From: Lytechinus pictus | Lineage: Eukaryota | Assembly (NCBI RefSeq): GCF_037042905.1 | Contig: NC_087251.1 | Coordinates: 33,606,001 to 33,670,000 of the forward strand | DNA: 64,000 nucleotides | Direction: 5' to 3' | Shown: positions 1-14,125 of the stretch, piece by piece | Numbering within the stretch: the stretch's first letter is position 1 | Layout: every line of letters starts with the position of its first letter | Translations under genes and position numbers: made by a program | Notes under the pieces: model-generated | Told to the model about the DNA's origin: nothing | What the model saw: only the letters and a program-made list of their open reading frames with translations | Databases searched by the model: none

Positions 1-506
1 TTGGAGATCTAGAAACTACTCCATCATGTCTCTCACTTCTATCCAACTGAACTAGTAAATACTCTGGCAATGGGGGTACAGCTGAGTATATACTATTTTT
101 GATGATACAATCAGCCTGTGAGGAAAAACGTGTCACTTTTACAAAATACTCTTTCAAACTGATTCTCTCCCTTTCCCCTCTTAAATGTGCATGAACGTAT
201 TGTAAGGTTCAAACAACAACAAAAATAAGAAACTCTGGATTGAAGGATATAGAGTGAAAGGGAGAGGAGAAAGATGGAGAGGAGGGGCACTGGAGTTGAG
301 GAGAGGGGAGGATGGATAAGGGGGAGAACACGGGATATTTGAGTGGAGAAATAATTATGGACAAAGGAATGAGAGAGACAATTACAGAGAGAAAAAAAAC
401 ATTTTTGTTAAAAAAATATATTTTTCATATATGACAAAGGTTTTATACATTTTTTCTTTAAAAAGTGAGGGAAAATAGCCCTGTGAATTCATGGACTCAA
501 GACCAG

Positions 507-885
507 GGCCTGGTTGCATGAAACCTGTCGTCTATTACAAATGCTACAATCCTTGATAATTTTTCTCACAGTCGATCAAATTGCAAGATTTCAGTAGTTT
601 AAAACTTTAGCTTACACTCTAAATTACAAGGATTTCAAATAAATCCATTACAGCTATGAATAGTGACCAGTGGACGTTGGGATTTAAGATTAATCCATAA
701 AGATTTAAATGCTAATAAATTTGGATTTAAAAATCAATCTTTAAGATTTACATTTAAACCTTTAAGGATTGATTTTAAATCATAATATCGACTGGTTGTT
801 ATTCACAGGCGTTAATGGATTTATTTTAAATCCCTGTCTATTTAGTGTGTGACAGGCCTACATGCTAGTTTAGCATCAGGTCTAG
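507..885. mobile_element. Degenerate Harbinger-like MITE interrupted by the 615-849 element
   Basis: Left end cag|ggcctggttgcatgaaa, with the family core gcaagatttcagtag at about 583-597. A remnant right end (tgacaggcctacatgc) lies beyond the insert. Confidence 0.4.
615..849. mobile_element. Palindromic CACTA/EnSpm-like MITE
   Basis: Termini CACTCTAAA ... TTTAGTGTG. The two halves are imperfect reverse complements over about 100 bp (ggatttcaaataaatccatta / taatggatttattttaaatcc). Flanks are TA and TG. Confidence 0.65.
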
Positions 886-2009
886 ATAACGCATGACTTG
901 GGAATAAGAGGAAGGGTGTGTGGAGGCTTCAGGATTATAATTTGAATAATTTTCATGTAAACAGAATGTAAAAAAAAGAATAAAAAGGAATTCACAACTT
1001 ATTTCATTTAAATTTGCTTCTTCAACATCTCACTTAGACAGCTACACAATGTACAGACGATCAAATGAGATTAAGAACAGTATCTTTAGAATATGTTTCA
1101 CCACTAATTTCATTCAGAAAAATAAAAACATCCCCATCACATACATCATCTGCACATTACACCACCACAAAAACCTCCAAAGATGTGTCACAACATTGTT
1201 GCAGAGCAAAAAAAAAAAAAACAGGAAAGCATACAGGGTTTTTATTCAATTTATAACTAGCGCATGAGCCTATAAATATTGATAATTGAATCGCATTGCA
1301 CTCCATCTCAATTCCTGCATGCTGGATACCGGAATAATTCCTTCATCTTATGTTTGTTGGGAGGTAAATGAAGCAAGCATGCCTTCTCAGGAGTCTATTC
1401 AATCCATTGGCACATGCATCAACTCATTAATTTCATGATGCTTCAAAGAGATGTGCATCACATCCTAGTGCCATCTGGGAGGAGAGAATAGTTTCATGAA
1501 TCAGACACTTAATGCTCTTCTTCAGACTCGATCCCTTCTCCCCCTCTTGTACAAAATTGCCTCTTTATACTTGAAACAGGAATAATATTACATTTTTTTT
1601 CCTGTCATCAAATCGATTTCTATCTGTTTTCCTTCATTTTTTCATTAATCATGTATCTCTGAAACTTCGTCTGACTCTTGACAACCCCATCTCTTCCCCC
1701 TCCCCATTCAAAGAATGGTCCCAACTCTCTTGTTCTTTGTAAGTAATTTACAGATAAAATCTTTTTTGTACCTTTAGATCTGAAAATTCATCATGGTCAC
1801 AGTTTGATCTGTAAGAGTAATCTTTGGAAGTTGTGTTTTGTTAGATTCATTTTTTTTTAGTTGGTTTCAGTGCAAAAATGTTGAATTTTGTGAACAAAAT
1901 CTTACACCTTCAAACCTCTGGTCATGTGACTTATGAATATTAATGATTTCACTACACAGGATGTTTGCAATAGCAAAGCTTTGCTGTTGGGGACATTGGC
2001 ACCAATAAC

Positions 2010-2112
2010 CAAATATGTCAATATTTTTTAGTGTTGTTAAATTCGCGGCCAATCAGCAATTCTCGAAATCTGTGAAAATAAAACCCCCGCGAAAATAACA
2101 GCTTATACAGTA
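2010..2112. mobile_element. Tc1/mariner-type MITE end fragment
   Basis: aaaataaaacccccgcgaaaataacagcttatacag|TA resembles a TA-flanked terminus with ttcgcg/cgcgaa subterminal motifs. The left end is decayed. Confidence 0.4.
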
Positions 2113-3144
2113 TTTCCTAGAGAACTTTATGCAGTTTAAGCATCAATTTCATGTGTTTAAACATTGTTACAAATTAGGCCAACTTCAAAGAAAGTCAGTC
2201 TTGCCAGATAAAGCCTTGATCTCGTAATAAAACGTTAACAGGGATTTCAATTTGACATTACTTAAAATGGTGAGCAGTTAAAAAAAAGATGGGATAACCA
2301 TAGATCTACTTTGGAGAGAGTAAACCTGGTGAAATTTTGAGAAATCAGGTTAAAAACCCCAATAAATCTGGAATGCTCATTACGAGGTTATGATTCATAC
2401 CTTGGACGCCTACCAAGTCATCAGAAGTGAGAGTCTACAGATTCATTTATGTTTACCTTTTTTTGGGGGGGGGGTAGGCATCTTGAAAAGCGTATACTTA
2501 AAAATGTAGTTGCGTCTTTTCTAACTTTTATTTGCGGTAAAAGCTGACATAGATCCAACTCAATTGAGTGAGCTTGAGCTTGTTTCTCAAGAAAGGGGTC
2601 TCCAGAAAATGATACTATGTAATACTTACAAATGCATGTCGGTATAGATGTATGCTACCATAAATATTGCACAATGTTGGCTCCCTCTGTCATGCAATGA
2701 ATGGGAGGATCAACATTCTCACATATTCATCCAAAATGTGATTTAAAATTACTTTGCGAAAAAAATTCAATCCACAGATAACGTATGTTTTTAAATGCTC
2801 ATATTGCCTTTGATATTGGGTATAAATACACATCAAATCATCACTTTAAAAAGCTGAAAATTTAGAGGAATAATATTAACTATTCTGGTTTTCAACTATT
2901 GGTAGTTACTTAAACAAACTGCGAATTACAGGCATGCTGGAACTCAAGTCAGGTCTATCCGAAAAGCTATACTGTATCTTTGAACACATCTTATTTTGAC
3001 CTGCCTCACGCACAAAACAGACCCCAAAACATATTTTTTTTGTACAATAATTATACAGTTCCATGCATCCACCGTATTTTCACAACCCTATAAAAACAAC
3101 CACTATCCCTGAAGTCAGATAGGTATAGGTAAAAACGGCCCCTG

Positions 3145-3289
3145 GGGCCCGTTGCAGAAAGAGTTGCAATCAATCGCAACTCTAAAAATCATGCTCAACT
3201 TGATTTTCAACCAATCAACAGCGCGCATTTGGGACTTGCGATTGATTTTTTGACTTGCGTTTAAACGCAACTCTTTCTGCAACGGACCC
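3145..3289. mobile_element. Harbinger-like MITE
   Basis: TIRs gggcccgttgcagaaagagttgc / gcaactctttctgcaacggaccc with 1 mismatch, flanked by CTG and CAG. Confidence 0.8.
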
Positions 3290-4285
3290 CAGAAGTCATA
3301 ACCAAACAAAACAATAATATATTCAAATGAATGACCCTGATCATAGGATACTTGACCTGATTATCCATGAATGAAACCAATCGAGCACAAATCATTTGTC
3401 CCATATACCCGATAATGCAGGCATTTGAGCTTACGATCAATGATGTTATGGGTGCAGTTTAGACAAGTTTCAATCGAAGGTCACCGTATCTCTGGCCCCA
3501 GAAATATAATAATACCTTATAGAATAACACAAATATGCAAGTGTAAATATAGACCTAAAAGTATTCCAAGATGCCGATTTCTCTTTCTTTTCATGAGCTT
3601 TCAGGCAAGAAAGTTAACAACTCAGGTGTAAAGTTGGTTCTTTGTATTTGTATTCTCATATGGCCCCATGTACAATTCGCAAAATTATATGAATTTTACA
3701 ATCATGGGATACCATCATGGCAAAGATTAATGTTTTAGATGTTTGATCCCACAAGCAAATTTATTTAGAGACTAAATTTGCCCCCCCCCAAAAAAAAATA
3801 CATGCCATTTTTCTCCCCCCAAAAAAAATGCGTTGTGAATATACCACCAGACACATAATTATATACTGCTTCTATATAAAACTATTTCTATTTATAAAAA
3901 TAAAGTTTAAGGAATAACACATCTTCACTTGTCTTCAGAAGTTTGTAATGATATTTTAATTTGAAACGAGACTGGTATGATCTTAGGCATTAGTTCCCCA
4001 GCATCCATCTTCATGACTTCTTGTAACAAATCTGGATTTATTCTTACTTTAATCACCCTCAGCCTTTAGGCCACACATGTCCTTTCATATCAAAATTTTC
4101 CACCCCCATGTATTTGGCATTGACCTTCGACATTCCCATCCCCAAGCATTGGTATTGCCCATGACCTCCGACCTCTTCATAAATATGTCCAAGAAGCTGA
4201 AGCAGGATTTTTCTCTAACAGAGGTCATTAATAGGTGAGGAGTGGATTGGAGCAGAGTGGACAAGTTAACATGCTGGTTGGATAT

Positions 4286-4440
4286 TCAAGGGGAAGTTCA
4301 TGCTAAGGATAAGCAAATTTTGATAAAAGCCGAAAAAAAATCGAGAAAAAATATTGCTGAAGGTTTGAAGAAAATCTATCAGAGAAAGTTATGATTTTTT
4401 AAAGTTTTAAATCTGTGGTGTCATATGTGAGCTGCTCCCC
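4286..4440 (+). mobile_element. Decayed arm of a Kolobok-like element
   Basis: gctgaaggtttgaagaaaatctatcagagaaagttatgatttttt resembles gctgaaaatttcatcaaaatcggatgtaaaataagaaagttatgacattt of the 13533 element. Confidence 0.4.
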
Positions 4441-7400
4441 AGTATATATACATTCCCACTACCCATGCAATTCTTTCTTTTTTTGTAAGTTGCTTAACTT
4501 TTTCTCATTCTCAATTGCCTCCACTTTTAGGATTATGCATGATTATGCATGATCTACTGTACATTATTCAAAAATAAATCAGAGATATGATAAAAAGAAT
4601 ACTATTTTTGTTTCCTGCAGGCCTATACTGTTTATCATACCACTTAATTTATACTGCTCATATAGTCTCCCTTATAACAAAGGATTTACAATATCATGCC
4701 CAGGGCTAGATTGCTTCTTAAATTCTTTTTCAATGGATAATCAAAAGCACTGTGTTTATCCGTGATTCTGTAGGCAGATAGGTAAAATATCTTTACAAAA
4801 TCACAGACATACCTGGTAAATCCTCAGTTATACTGCCAAAATGGTCCCTTTATTCAAAGAGCCATTTACATGATATAAATTTTTTTCCCAAGATCTGATG
4901 GGCGTTTCAAAAAGCTGTTCGAAAAGTTAAATGCACAACTTAACTCTCGTCGTCACGACTGGAACATGTTCTTGGGTGATAAATTAGTTATAATGGTATA
5001 TCTTATATCATTGTTTTGGAGTTTTATCATGTAGGGCCTATGTATCATGTATTCAGCAAATTTTGTCACAGTCAATGCTGAATACTGATTGAAAAAATAA
5101 TTAATAAAAAAAAAATAGAATAATAGGCCTACCAATGGTCTTTAAGATTTTGGGTAGTTTTTATTTCGTAATTCATACACTCTTGTTTTCTCTCAAATTG
5201 ATTTCCTATGGTGGAAATACGATTGCAGTTATTATTTATCTGAATTTGTTTTATAAGAAGCTTTCCGATGTAAATGGGGCCAAAGATGCATTTGAGTTGT
5301 AGGCGACAGGAAATTATCATAACCAGCCATCTATAACTAGGGATTCAACATGTCATCAATCACTCGAGAAATATCTATCCAGAACGAGCTAATTTAGGAA
5401 TGAAGCAAATACTGGGGAAACTATTAGAGCCAACTAAACTGGCAGAAATATATACTTCTATGAACTCAAAATGAATCCATTATCAACCAAAGCTAGTGAA
5501 CACAAGACTATTATCAGCAAATATTGAAATAATCATTCCTTTCTCTTCTTTGAATCAACTTGAATAAAGACATGGACAAAATACAGATTTAGTGGTCAGG
5601 AGTCAGGCAGAGAAATTTCTCCTCACAGATAATAATTATATCAGTTGACCTCCTTTGGTATAATTGAAACAGACAGCTTTATGACATTTCCATTTTTTGC
5701 AGGATGACAAATGGGAGAGTCGTGATATTACATCGCTCCAGTAAACTCTTGAGAACAGAACCCCAAATCCCTGAAAAATAATGATTAAACAGATCACTAA
5801 AAGGATATTTATTGGAGAAATCTGTGCAATGGTATTTGGGTAATTGTTGAATCCATGGGGTGGGTTTTAGGATCATCAAGCCTGGCTCCACGCAGGGCTG
5901 GCTAAATGAATGAATGAATGGGATTGTGGGAGCAGAGGAACACAATTGTGGGGATGACTGTAATCAAAGTATCATGACAAACCCTAACATTGTGGTTTCT
6001 CTCTTTCAACTTCGCCCTTTCCATCTTTCTCCCCTCCTCTCTCTATCTCTACCCCCCTTTCATCTTCTCTCCACTCCTTCAGCAGACTCTATGTTCAATT
6101 CATTTCAATAATACAGCTAAAAAGCAGCATTGAAAGCAAGACAAATGGTGTACGTAGCGGAGAATGAAAATCCAATTTTCCACCGTTAGCCCGGGCATCC
6201 AGAAGCGCAAGGGGGGCAGAGTATCAACGATAAACAAACCCTAAGCATAGATGGAAGGCAAAGAAACGAGAGAGAGAGAGTGAGAGAGAGAGGGTGAAAT
6301 GGATGAAAGGAGAAGTAGAACGAAATAAATGCATGGGTTAGAGTGAGCCTTGTGCCATCAGCAAAAGGCAACAAGGTTTATGACGGAGAAAGATTGCTTG
6401 AGAAGTAAAGAGGTTTCGTCGCGATATGGCCTACGCAAACGAGTTCCAGAAAGCGCGCTTAGGTTGAAGCTTCTGACAAGTTAATCCCTACCATTCCCCA
6501 CTGCTAGCCATACAGCTGCAGCCACTCTGACAACCCTAATTTACGACTCCCCATTTTCATTACCGGATTTTTTTCTCTCCTCCTCCTGCCCCCTCGTTCC
6601 TTCGTTCTGATAGCGATTCCTTGTCTGTGTATCTCTCTCTTGGCCTCGGTCAATCACCCTTTGCACGATCCCTAAATTGACTTGCCGCTTGCCATACTTG
6701 CCCCCAGCAGGTTATGACAGGCTGTGTGTGTGTGTAACTACCTTTTTATCTCTCTCTCTCCTTCTTTCTCTCTCGCAACCCTCCAGGCATGCGACACCGT
6801 ACATACACACAAGACAAAATAATAATCTCACAAAATCCTTTAACAGATCAGAATGAAAAATATGAAACCTGATTGCCTCCTCCCACCCACTCCATCACTC
6901 CCTCCTCAGTCCATTTTTCTTTCCTCTATCATAATAATTCTCAATTTAAAGGTACGGTTCAGTACGGAGCTCTGAAGCTCAACAACACAAAATCAATTAA
7001 ATGTACAATGAAATTAACCTGTGGACAAAAACTCATACAATGCAAAATTTGAATATCTAAAAATAGGGCTAAGTATGGACATGCTGAAGCTTTTCCTTAT
7101 ACATTGGAGCACACATTATCTCAGCTTTATAGATATGACTCTCTGTTATCTCTCCTTTGTATAAAGAAATTACAATGTGAATGATATTTCACTAAAACCT
7201 CACCATTTAGATTGCTTCATATATTTCTCAATTCATTACATGAAATTTCCCTTTAAAAAGCAATTTTTTTTTCTGTACAATACAAAGTTTACGTAAATAT
7301 AATCATCTGACTGCTTTGTGAAACTGGTTTAAATTATTTTTCAAGCATGCGCAAATTTCAAGAAATTATCTTCTATCATCTTTTGTCTTTAAATTTACCA

Positions 7401-7460
7401 CCTCATAAAACTAAATAATTAAAAAATAAATGAATGAATAAATGTACAAAAAAATGACAG

Positions 7461-7466
<6 letters not shown>

Positions 7467-7515
<49 letters not shown>
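7467..7515. repeat. (TA)n microsatellite
   Basis: Uninterrupted TA run of about 49 bp. Confidence 0.98.
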
Positions 7516-7517
<2 letters not shown>

Positions 7518-8844
7518 AAAATACACCAAAGTTTCAGTCTGAATTAGCCAGGGGTTGAATGGAACGGAGCACCTGTATGCCATGGATGGAAAAGTTCGAT
7601 ACAAATAAATGACAGTGACCCAGTTTGGGCTTCAGTGGTATCACCTAACCATTGAAGAAGCACCCTTGACATTCAATATTACCTCACAATCTATCACATT
7701 CCTTTCTTCACCACCAAGTTTAGACCACATTTCCTCCTTATCTTGGTCACCTCAAGGCAAGGTTTTTGTTTGTGTCCTCGAAACAACACACATCCTAGGG
7801 AAGATCACCTGATGTGGGTTTCCATTGAATCTATAGAACATTTTAGGTTGCGTTCAAAGTTAAGATTTGGCAACCAATATTCATATTAATTTATTATTTT
7901 TAGTTATTTCCTTTATTCTTTGACACCTTTATTTGTTTATAACTTATTAATTTCATCAAATTAAGAGATGATATCATTAGCCAAATAAAAAGCTATACGA
8001 TAGGGACACACATTGACTGACTGTCTTGACCAATAAGCCCATAAGGAAACACATGACTTCATAATAGAGCCATATGTGTGTCATTTCTGCTGTTATCCTT
8101 ATAACTAGATATAGTCCTATGAACGAGGCAAACGTGTGAACGATGCAAAATAAAATTGAAGTATATTGCACAGGCCGTTCACCTTGGAATGACACTGGCT
8201 TGACCACAGGGCTCTTTTTTTCGCCCTCTGTAATTGCGAAAGTGAAGCCTGAATTTCAAGCTAATGGACAGAGTCTTCACGAAGCATCTTCCAACGAGAC
8301 AGTGCATAAGCAATGCTTTAGCAATTTGAGAGGATTTTTACCTTAATTCAAGATGTGTTTATCCTTAATTATTTGAGATGTTTACATGTACATTTTAAAA
8401 CATACATGGTCAACGCTGATCAAAAATACAATCCACATTGTATAAAAATTTTTGCGATTGATTGTCGGCCAGTCTATACCAGGCAAGGGAGAGAGAGTCA
8501 TCACTTTGCAATCTTCAGAAGTGATATGCTCAGATCAGTAACTGACAATGCATAAAAACATATTTGAAGGATGGTACATTAATGCAAACAACAATTTTAA
8601 ATATACTTTTTGTGACTATATGATCATTACTCTGGCTTAGTATTCACATGGAAAGAGAGATAGGTTATCTACATTTGAACTAAACACATGTATTCATAAT
8701 GCCTACATAATAATTCTGACTGCGAGAGGTGAGTGTAAATGCACCCTCTATTGGTAGCAACCTTCAGATGTTACTTGATCACTCTATTCCGATGAAACGC
8801 TATATCTCCAAGTGTCAATGCAATCTGATTACATCAAGCACCAG

Positions 8845-8987
8845 AGGCCCTGTTTCATAGCTCTGACTTACAACTATGGTAACTGTGCCATTATGGTAAC
8901 TACCATGGAAACCTTGATCATGATTGAATGCTGAGCACAGTTGCTATGGTAGTTGCAATAATGGCGTAGTTATGGAAGGGGGGGCCT
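8845..8987. mobile_element. Harbinger-like MITE (atggtaac subfamily)
   Basis: Ends aggccctgtttcata / tatggaagggggggcct, with repeated atggtaact. Similar to the 27670-27780 copy. Confidence 0.5.
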
Positions 8988-11381
8988 AGACCATGAGGGC
9001 GGAGGTAGTGGTTTACAAAATGGACTGCAGTTACCCAAAAAAAAGGGGGGGGAAAAAAATCAAATTTCAACCTATTCATAGGTCTGGAAGGTAGATTTCT
9101 GAAGCTCTATTGGAAGAAATTAAGAAACAAAGAAGGATTGTAACTAGCCAATTCGCACGTGCTTGACCTTTTCACAATTACAGATTTATTAAAAAAGGAG
9201 TTTATTTATAAATAGATTATAGCTGCATGTCAAAAGATCTTCTCAATGAACATATCACAATAATGTTTGATTTTTTTTCAACCAAAATATGTCTTGATGA
9301 AATTTTTCTTGAGCTGTCTGCCTTTTGAGCTTTCAGTTTCTATGTAAAGCATTCTCATGGCAAGCTATATACCCAATTATATATCCATATATTATCTTCA
9401 TATTTTGCACATAAATTATATGCCTTATAGATAAGTCATAAATTCATATGTAGTATTTATTGATCAGAAATGAATGAAATTAAGTGGTAAACATCCACTT
9501 GTGAGGAATTTTCATAATGATATACTGTCTACTGATAAATTTTAGGTCTGGTATTCATTTCAAAAGGAAAAACCAATTGCTTCAATAATAGATTTTCCCT
9601 TCACTTTGCGTCTGAAATTAGCGCATGTAACTGAGACGCTGACAGGAGAAAACTTGAGTGGCATTTCGTTCTTACAAACATTTCTCCAATCAATAGTATC
9701 CACAGTGCGTGTTAATGCAATAAAGCCAAACATTTGTCTTTCATAGGCCAAGAGTTCAATGCGTGCATGTTATGTACACTGTGCCTGTTTGAAAAAAAAA
9801 ACGCAATGATACAGTAAGAAACATCTTAGTTGAACATAGTTGTACAGATGATGTACTAATATTCTAACAATTTGAATTTGGATAGCTTTCATTTGACAAT
9901 AAATTCTATAAGCCTATTAAGGAGGGGGAAATGTATTTTCTCTGTGTATAATGAATTAGTATTTTGCAAGATTCCTGCTACAGAAATTTAAAAATATGTA
10001 TTCCATGTTTATTTAGAGATAATTTGGTATCATAATTGTTATCAATTAAAAACAAATGTCCCCTACCCCCCCCCCCTCCTCCACAGCAATTTAAACAAAA
10101 TCTTAGTAGTATTACTTGAACCATATTATCCAAAATAATATAGGCCTATTAATTTGCTTTTAAAACTCATCGCATGAAATCAATGTTTTTAGGCAGGGGA
10201 TGTAGATTATAAATATAATGGATTGTTTTCATGAAATAACTTTAATCAATCTGAAGTTATTTGTGATTTTTGTTTCCAAACACTGTGAACAAAACAAATT
10301 CAATGACAGCAAAAAACAAAAAAAATAAATTGAAAAGAATAAGGCCATTGACGTTCAATAGATACATGAAGGAAAGTTCTTGGTTGGGAGGCTGCTCCCC
10401 CTATAGGTATGAAGCATGTCAATGGTAATTTAGAAGAACAATAAATCAATAGTCCCTTTGGCTTTGAACTGTATATCACTTTCAGTAAGTACAGGGTGTA
10501 TCAACAACCAAACATGTCCCTTAGCAAAGATATGGTTGTATTGGGCAATAATTGCCTTGTAGTTTTTCTCACGTTTTTTTCTTCTTCTAAGAATCCCTTC
10601 TTATACGATGAATCTAAACAGTGTAAGGGCTTATATAGTAAACAATTTAAACACAGTAACAATTTGTGCCTGGGTGCATTCTAATCATGAATATCTTTTT
10701 TTTTTCTTGTTGAATACTTTGGTATCATTCTGGAGCATCCATCAATAAGCAAAAACTGCCAGAAATCAAGTTACACAGATGCTAAACTTCTAAGAGTTTC
10801 ACTATAAGGTTGTCATTTCCACATTCTCTAGCTTCATCATTCAAGTTTGCAATGACACATTTGTCCAGGCAATATGAAATAATATACCATGGGCTGTCAT
10901 AATTTTTGTACACACCCAATACCCTTATAGCTCAGGTAAATATTATGGTTACAGAAGAATGCAAGGCAGCACAGTAGGGCATCTACCGCACGTGTTAATT
11001 TCACACATTCCTCTGATTGTAAATTCAAAGGGGCATTTGATTACAGCTTTTGTATGTTGAACATTGGAGGCATATCATTATTAGAGGGCCTTGGAAATAG
11101 TTTGGCAGCTACCAAGCTTAGAAGCAAGGGCTATCTGAGGGCACAGACTTGTCAAAACATATTTGGCAAGGGAAGAAGTGGCGCTACATCACCTTGAACT
11201 TCACCTTTGTCTGTTTTTATTCGGTATACCAAGAAGTTGTTTGTCTCCATTATGATGTTTCACCATTTCCTCCTGAACCCTTTCTAGTTAGGGTGGGGTA
11301 GTTTATTCCACAGAACGTGCTACCGGGCATTGAAGAACAAACCAATTTAACCTTTTTTTTTCGCTGGCATATTGTGAATTG

Positions 11382-11555
11382 TTAAAGATCAAGTCACAAG
11401 TGGATTTGAATATATAGAAAAAATAATAAAGAATAATACAACAGTCTTTCATGACATCTATGTCAAATAAGCAAGTTGCGACATTTTGAACTTTCCCTTA
11501 TTTTCAATAAAAGTTACACAATAATACAAATGATTTTGCAAAACAAGAGTTGATT
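11382..11555 (+). mobile_element. Decayed left arm of the same Kolobok-like family as 13533-14125
   Basis: ttaaagatcaagtc ... gatttgaatatatagaaaaaat ... aaataagcaagttgcgacattttgaactttcccttattttcaataaaagtta is collinear with 13529-13680. Confidence 0.6.
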
Positions 11556-13532
11556 TTTTTATAAATGTTTCATAGGAATACTTGAATTCAACTGCTTAAA
11601 GGTACATAATAGCAATTTAGTCAAAACTGTAAGTGTAACTCTATTTGTATGTTTTACACATTTTTTGTATGCTCCTCTCTCTATTCATTGTATATACATA
11701 CATCTATAATACAAAGAAATATGACAGGACATTGTGAGCCTTTGGACATGTTTTTTAGCTCCCCTCTTAAATTATGAACGATAATTGTTATTATCATGAC
11801 CCATTGTTTTCAGTCATTAATTGAACCCTGCATATCATTTAATATCATTCATATAACCACATATATGCTTCATCATTATTCCCTTATCACAAATAATAAA
11901 TGACAGTAACATCTGCAGGTAGTATTAATGATTTTTATTTATTTATCTATTTAAAACGGTTTATTACAACAAGGGTAGCTATAGCGGCTGAAAAGCTGAA
12001 TTGCATAATGATGTATGTTCTAATTAGCCTGAAGATAAAAAATGTGTTTGTAATTATCTGCAATCGTAACATGTTAATGCAGGTCACATCAGACATCTTT
12101 TCAAATCAACAGGGAGAAACATTATCATATTTCCAAAAGAACATATTAATGTTGTTAATTAAATCTAATAACAATTTTTTGGTTTAGCATACCATTTACA
12201 AAAATTGAGAAATGCATTATATTTTGCCTTTCCCATACTTTTCAAAATAACATTTCAAAAATTCAAAGAGATCAGGGCTAAACAAATTTTCCATGCTTTT
12301 ACGTTAGAAAATAATTTACAAGACGTTTTCCCTACTCGAGGAAAATCGCTAAAAAGGAACATTTTCCCCTACAAATTTATGATTCATGGTGCACATGATA
12401 TATGCAGCTGTGATTGGAATGCAGAAATGATGTATGATATCTGAATTTCATATTCCGTGATTAGCTAAAACCTAATGAAGCAGAGAGAAAGAGATATCCT
12501 TTATTCATTGACGAAAAAAAAATGCAATCCATCAAGAGAAATTCAGCTAATGACGATAATTTCTCTGAAGAGAATAATGTTCCCAAAGCCCCAAATCAAA
12601 TCGTTTTATGCAGCCGTTACACTCTCGCTAAATACTGTGCAGAGCTTGTAGAACGTCCAATAAAATTTGCAGTAAAAGTCCGGGGTTTTATTTATGAACT
12701 CGTTTACTTCTAGGACAATATACCAAATGGGTCCTGTGTGTGTCATTAAAGTGATATAAATGATCCATGCCCTAATCTAAACTCACTTCCTACTTCTATC
12801 TGTCATGTCACTGGAATATAAAATAGGTCTAAATCATTAAAATTTCTCTTTCTTCAGCAAAGCGGCAGGTTGTGCAGTATATGAGGAGTGTGAGTGAGAC
12901 CTACAGATGGAAGGAATTACTGATGAAAATGGATTATATCTGATTTCATTGACAAGAAATCGCATGTGATCATGTAAAAATAAATAGCTGTTCTAAAATA
13001 ATGCTGTGGTAATGTCATTTTTCAGATAATTTGGGTTTGTTTGATTTGATGTAAAATTAGGCCCAATAAATCAATTCCTGGTTTTTTTTTGTGCGATCCA
13101 ATATTTTCTCTTGTGAGAATTGATCCTATATACCTTAATTTTTTTCATTGATTTCATCTGAATTAAGGTTTGTGATCAAGGGTTGTTTTTTGTTCAGAGA
13201 AATCTGAGGATTTAGGATTAGATTCAGGTTTTAGAAAAGTTTTATATCTTGGTTCATTTTCTGTATGGGAAATTGCTGCAAGTATTATGGAATCGTATAC
13301 GGGCAGCAGATTCTGAAAACCTGGTATAGTTTAAAATGTTTACAGTGTAATACAAACAAAAAATGAGAATAGGCAATATTATTGCCCAGGCAACAAAAAA
13401 ATCTCTCTTATTCTGACTAGATCATATTCATATATATCCACTAATCCCTAAGCATTCCAGCACAAGTGACTTCAAGACCATTCCTTCATTTACAATGCAA
13501 GACCATGACATTGTTCATCTTGTCACTATTAA

Positions 13533-14125
13533 AGGTCAAGTCCACCTCAGAAAAATGTTGATTTGAATCAATAGAGAAAAATCAGACAAGCACAATGCTG
13601 AAAATTTCATCAAAATCGGATGTAAAATAAGAAAGTTATGACATTTCAAAGTTCCGCTTATTTTTAACAAAACAGTTATATGAACGAGCCAGTTACATCC
13701 AAATGAGAGAGTCAATGACGTCACTCACTCACTATTTCTTTTGTTTTTTATTGTTTGAATTATACAATATATCAATTTTTACGAATTTGACGATTAGGAC
13801 CTCCTTGCCTGAAGCACAAAATATTAAAATAATGGAATTCCAAGTGTTCAGGGAGGAATGAAACTTCATTTCACATGACAATGACGAGAAAATAAAAAAT
13901 ATTTCATATAATAAAATACAAAAGAAATAGTGAGTGATGTCATCGACTCTCTCATTTGGATGTAACTGGCTCGTTCATATAACTATTTTGTTAAAAATAA
14001 GCGGAACTTTGAAATGTCATAACTTTCTTATTTTACATCCGATTTTGATGAAATTTTCAGCATTGTGCTTGTCTGATTTTTCTCTCTTTATTCAAATCAC
14101 GTTTTTGTTTGGGTGGACTTGTCCT
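13533..14125. mobile_element. Intact non-autonomous Kolobok-like DNA transposon (593 bp)
   Basis: TTAA TSDs at 13529-13532 and 14126-14129, AGG...CCT termini, and highly similar TIRs of over 200 bp. This explains the mirror-image ORFs 13536..13724(-) and 13934..14170(+). Confidence 0.92.

Noticed and set aside
1..115. Minus-strand acceptor (tttttcctcacag|G) as the next coding exon
   Set aside because: The frame continuing from the phase-2 donor at 46027 reaches TAG after about 21 codons. Only the phase-0 frame is open and its peptide is unrecognisable. Unresolved at the window edge.
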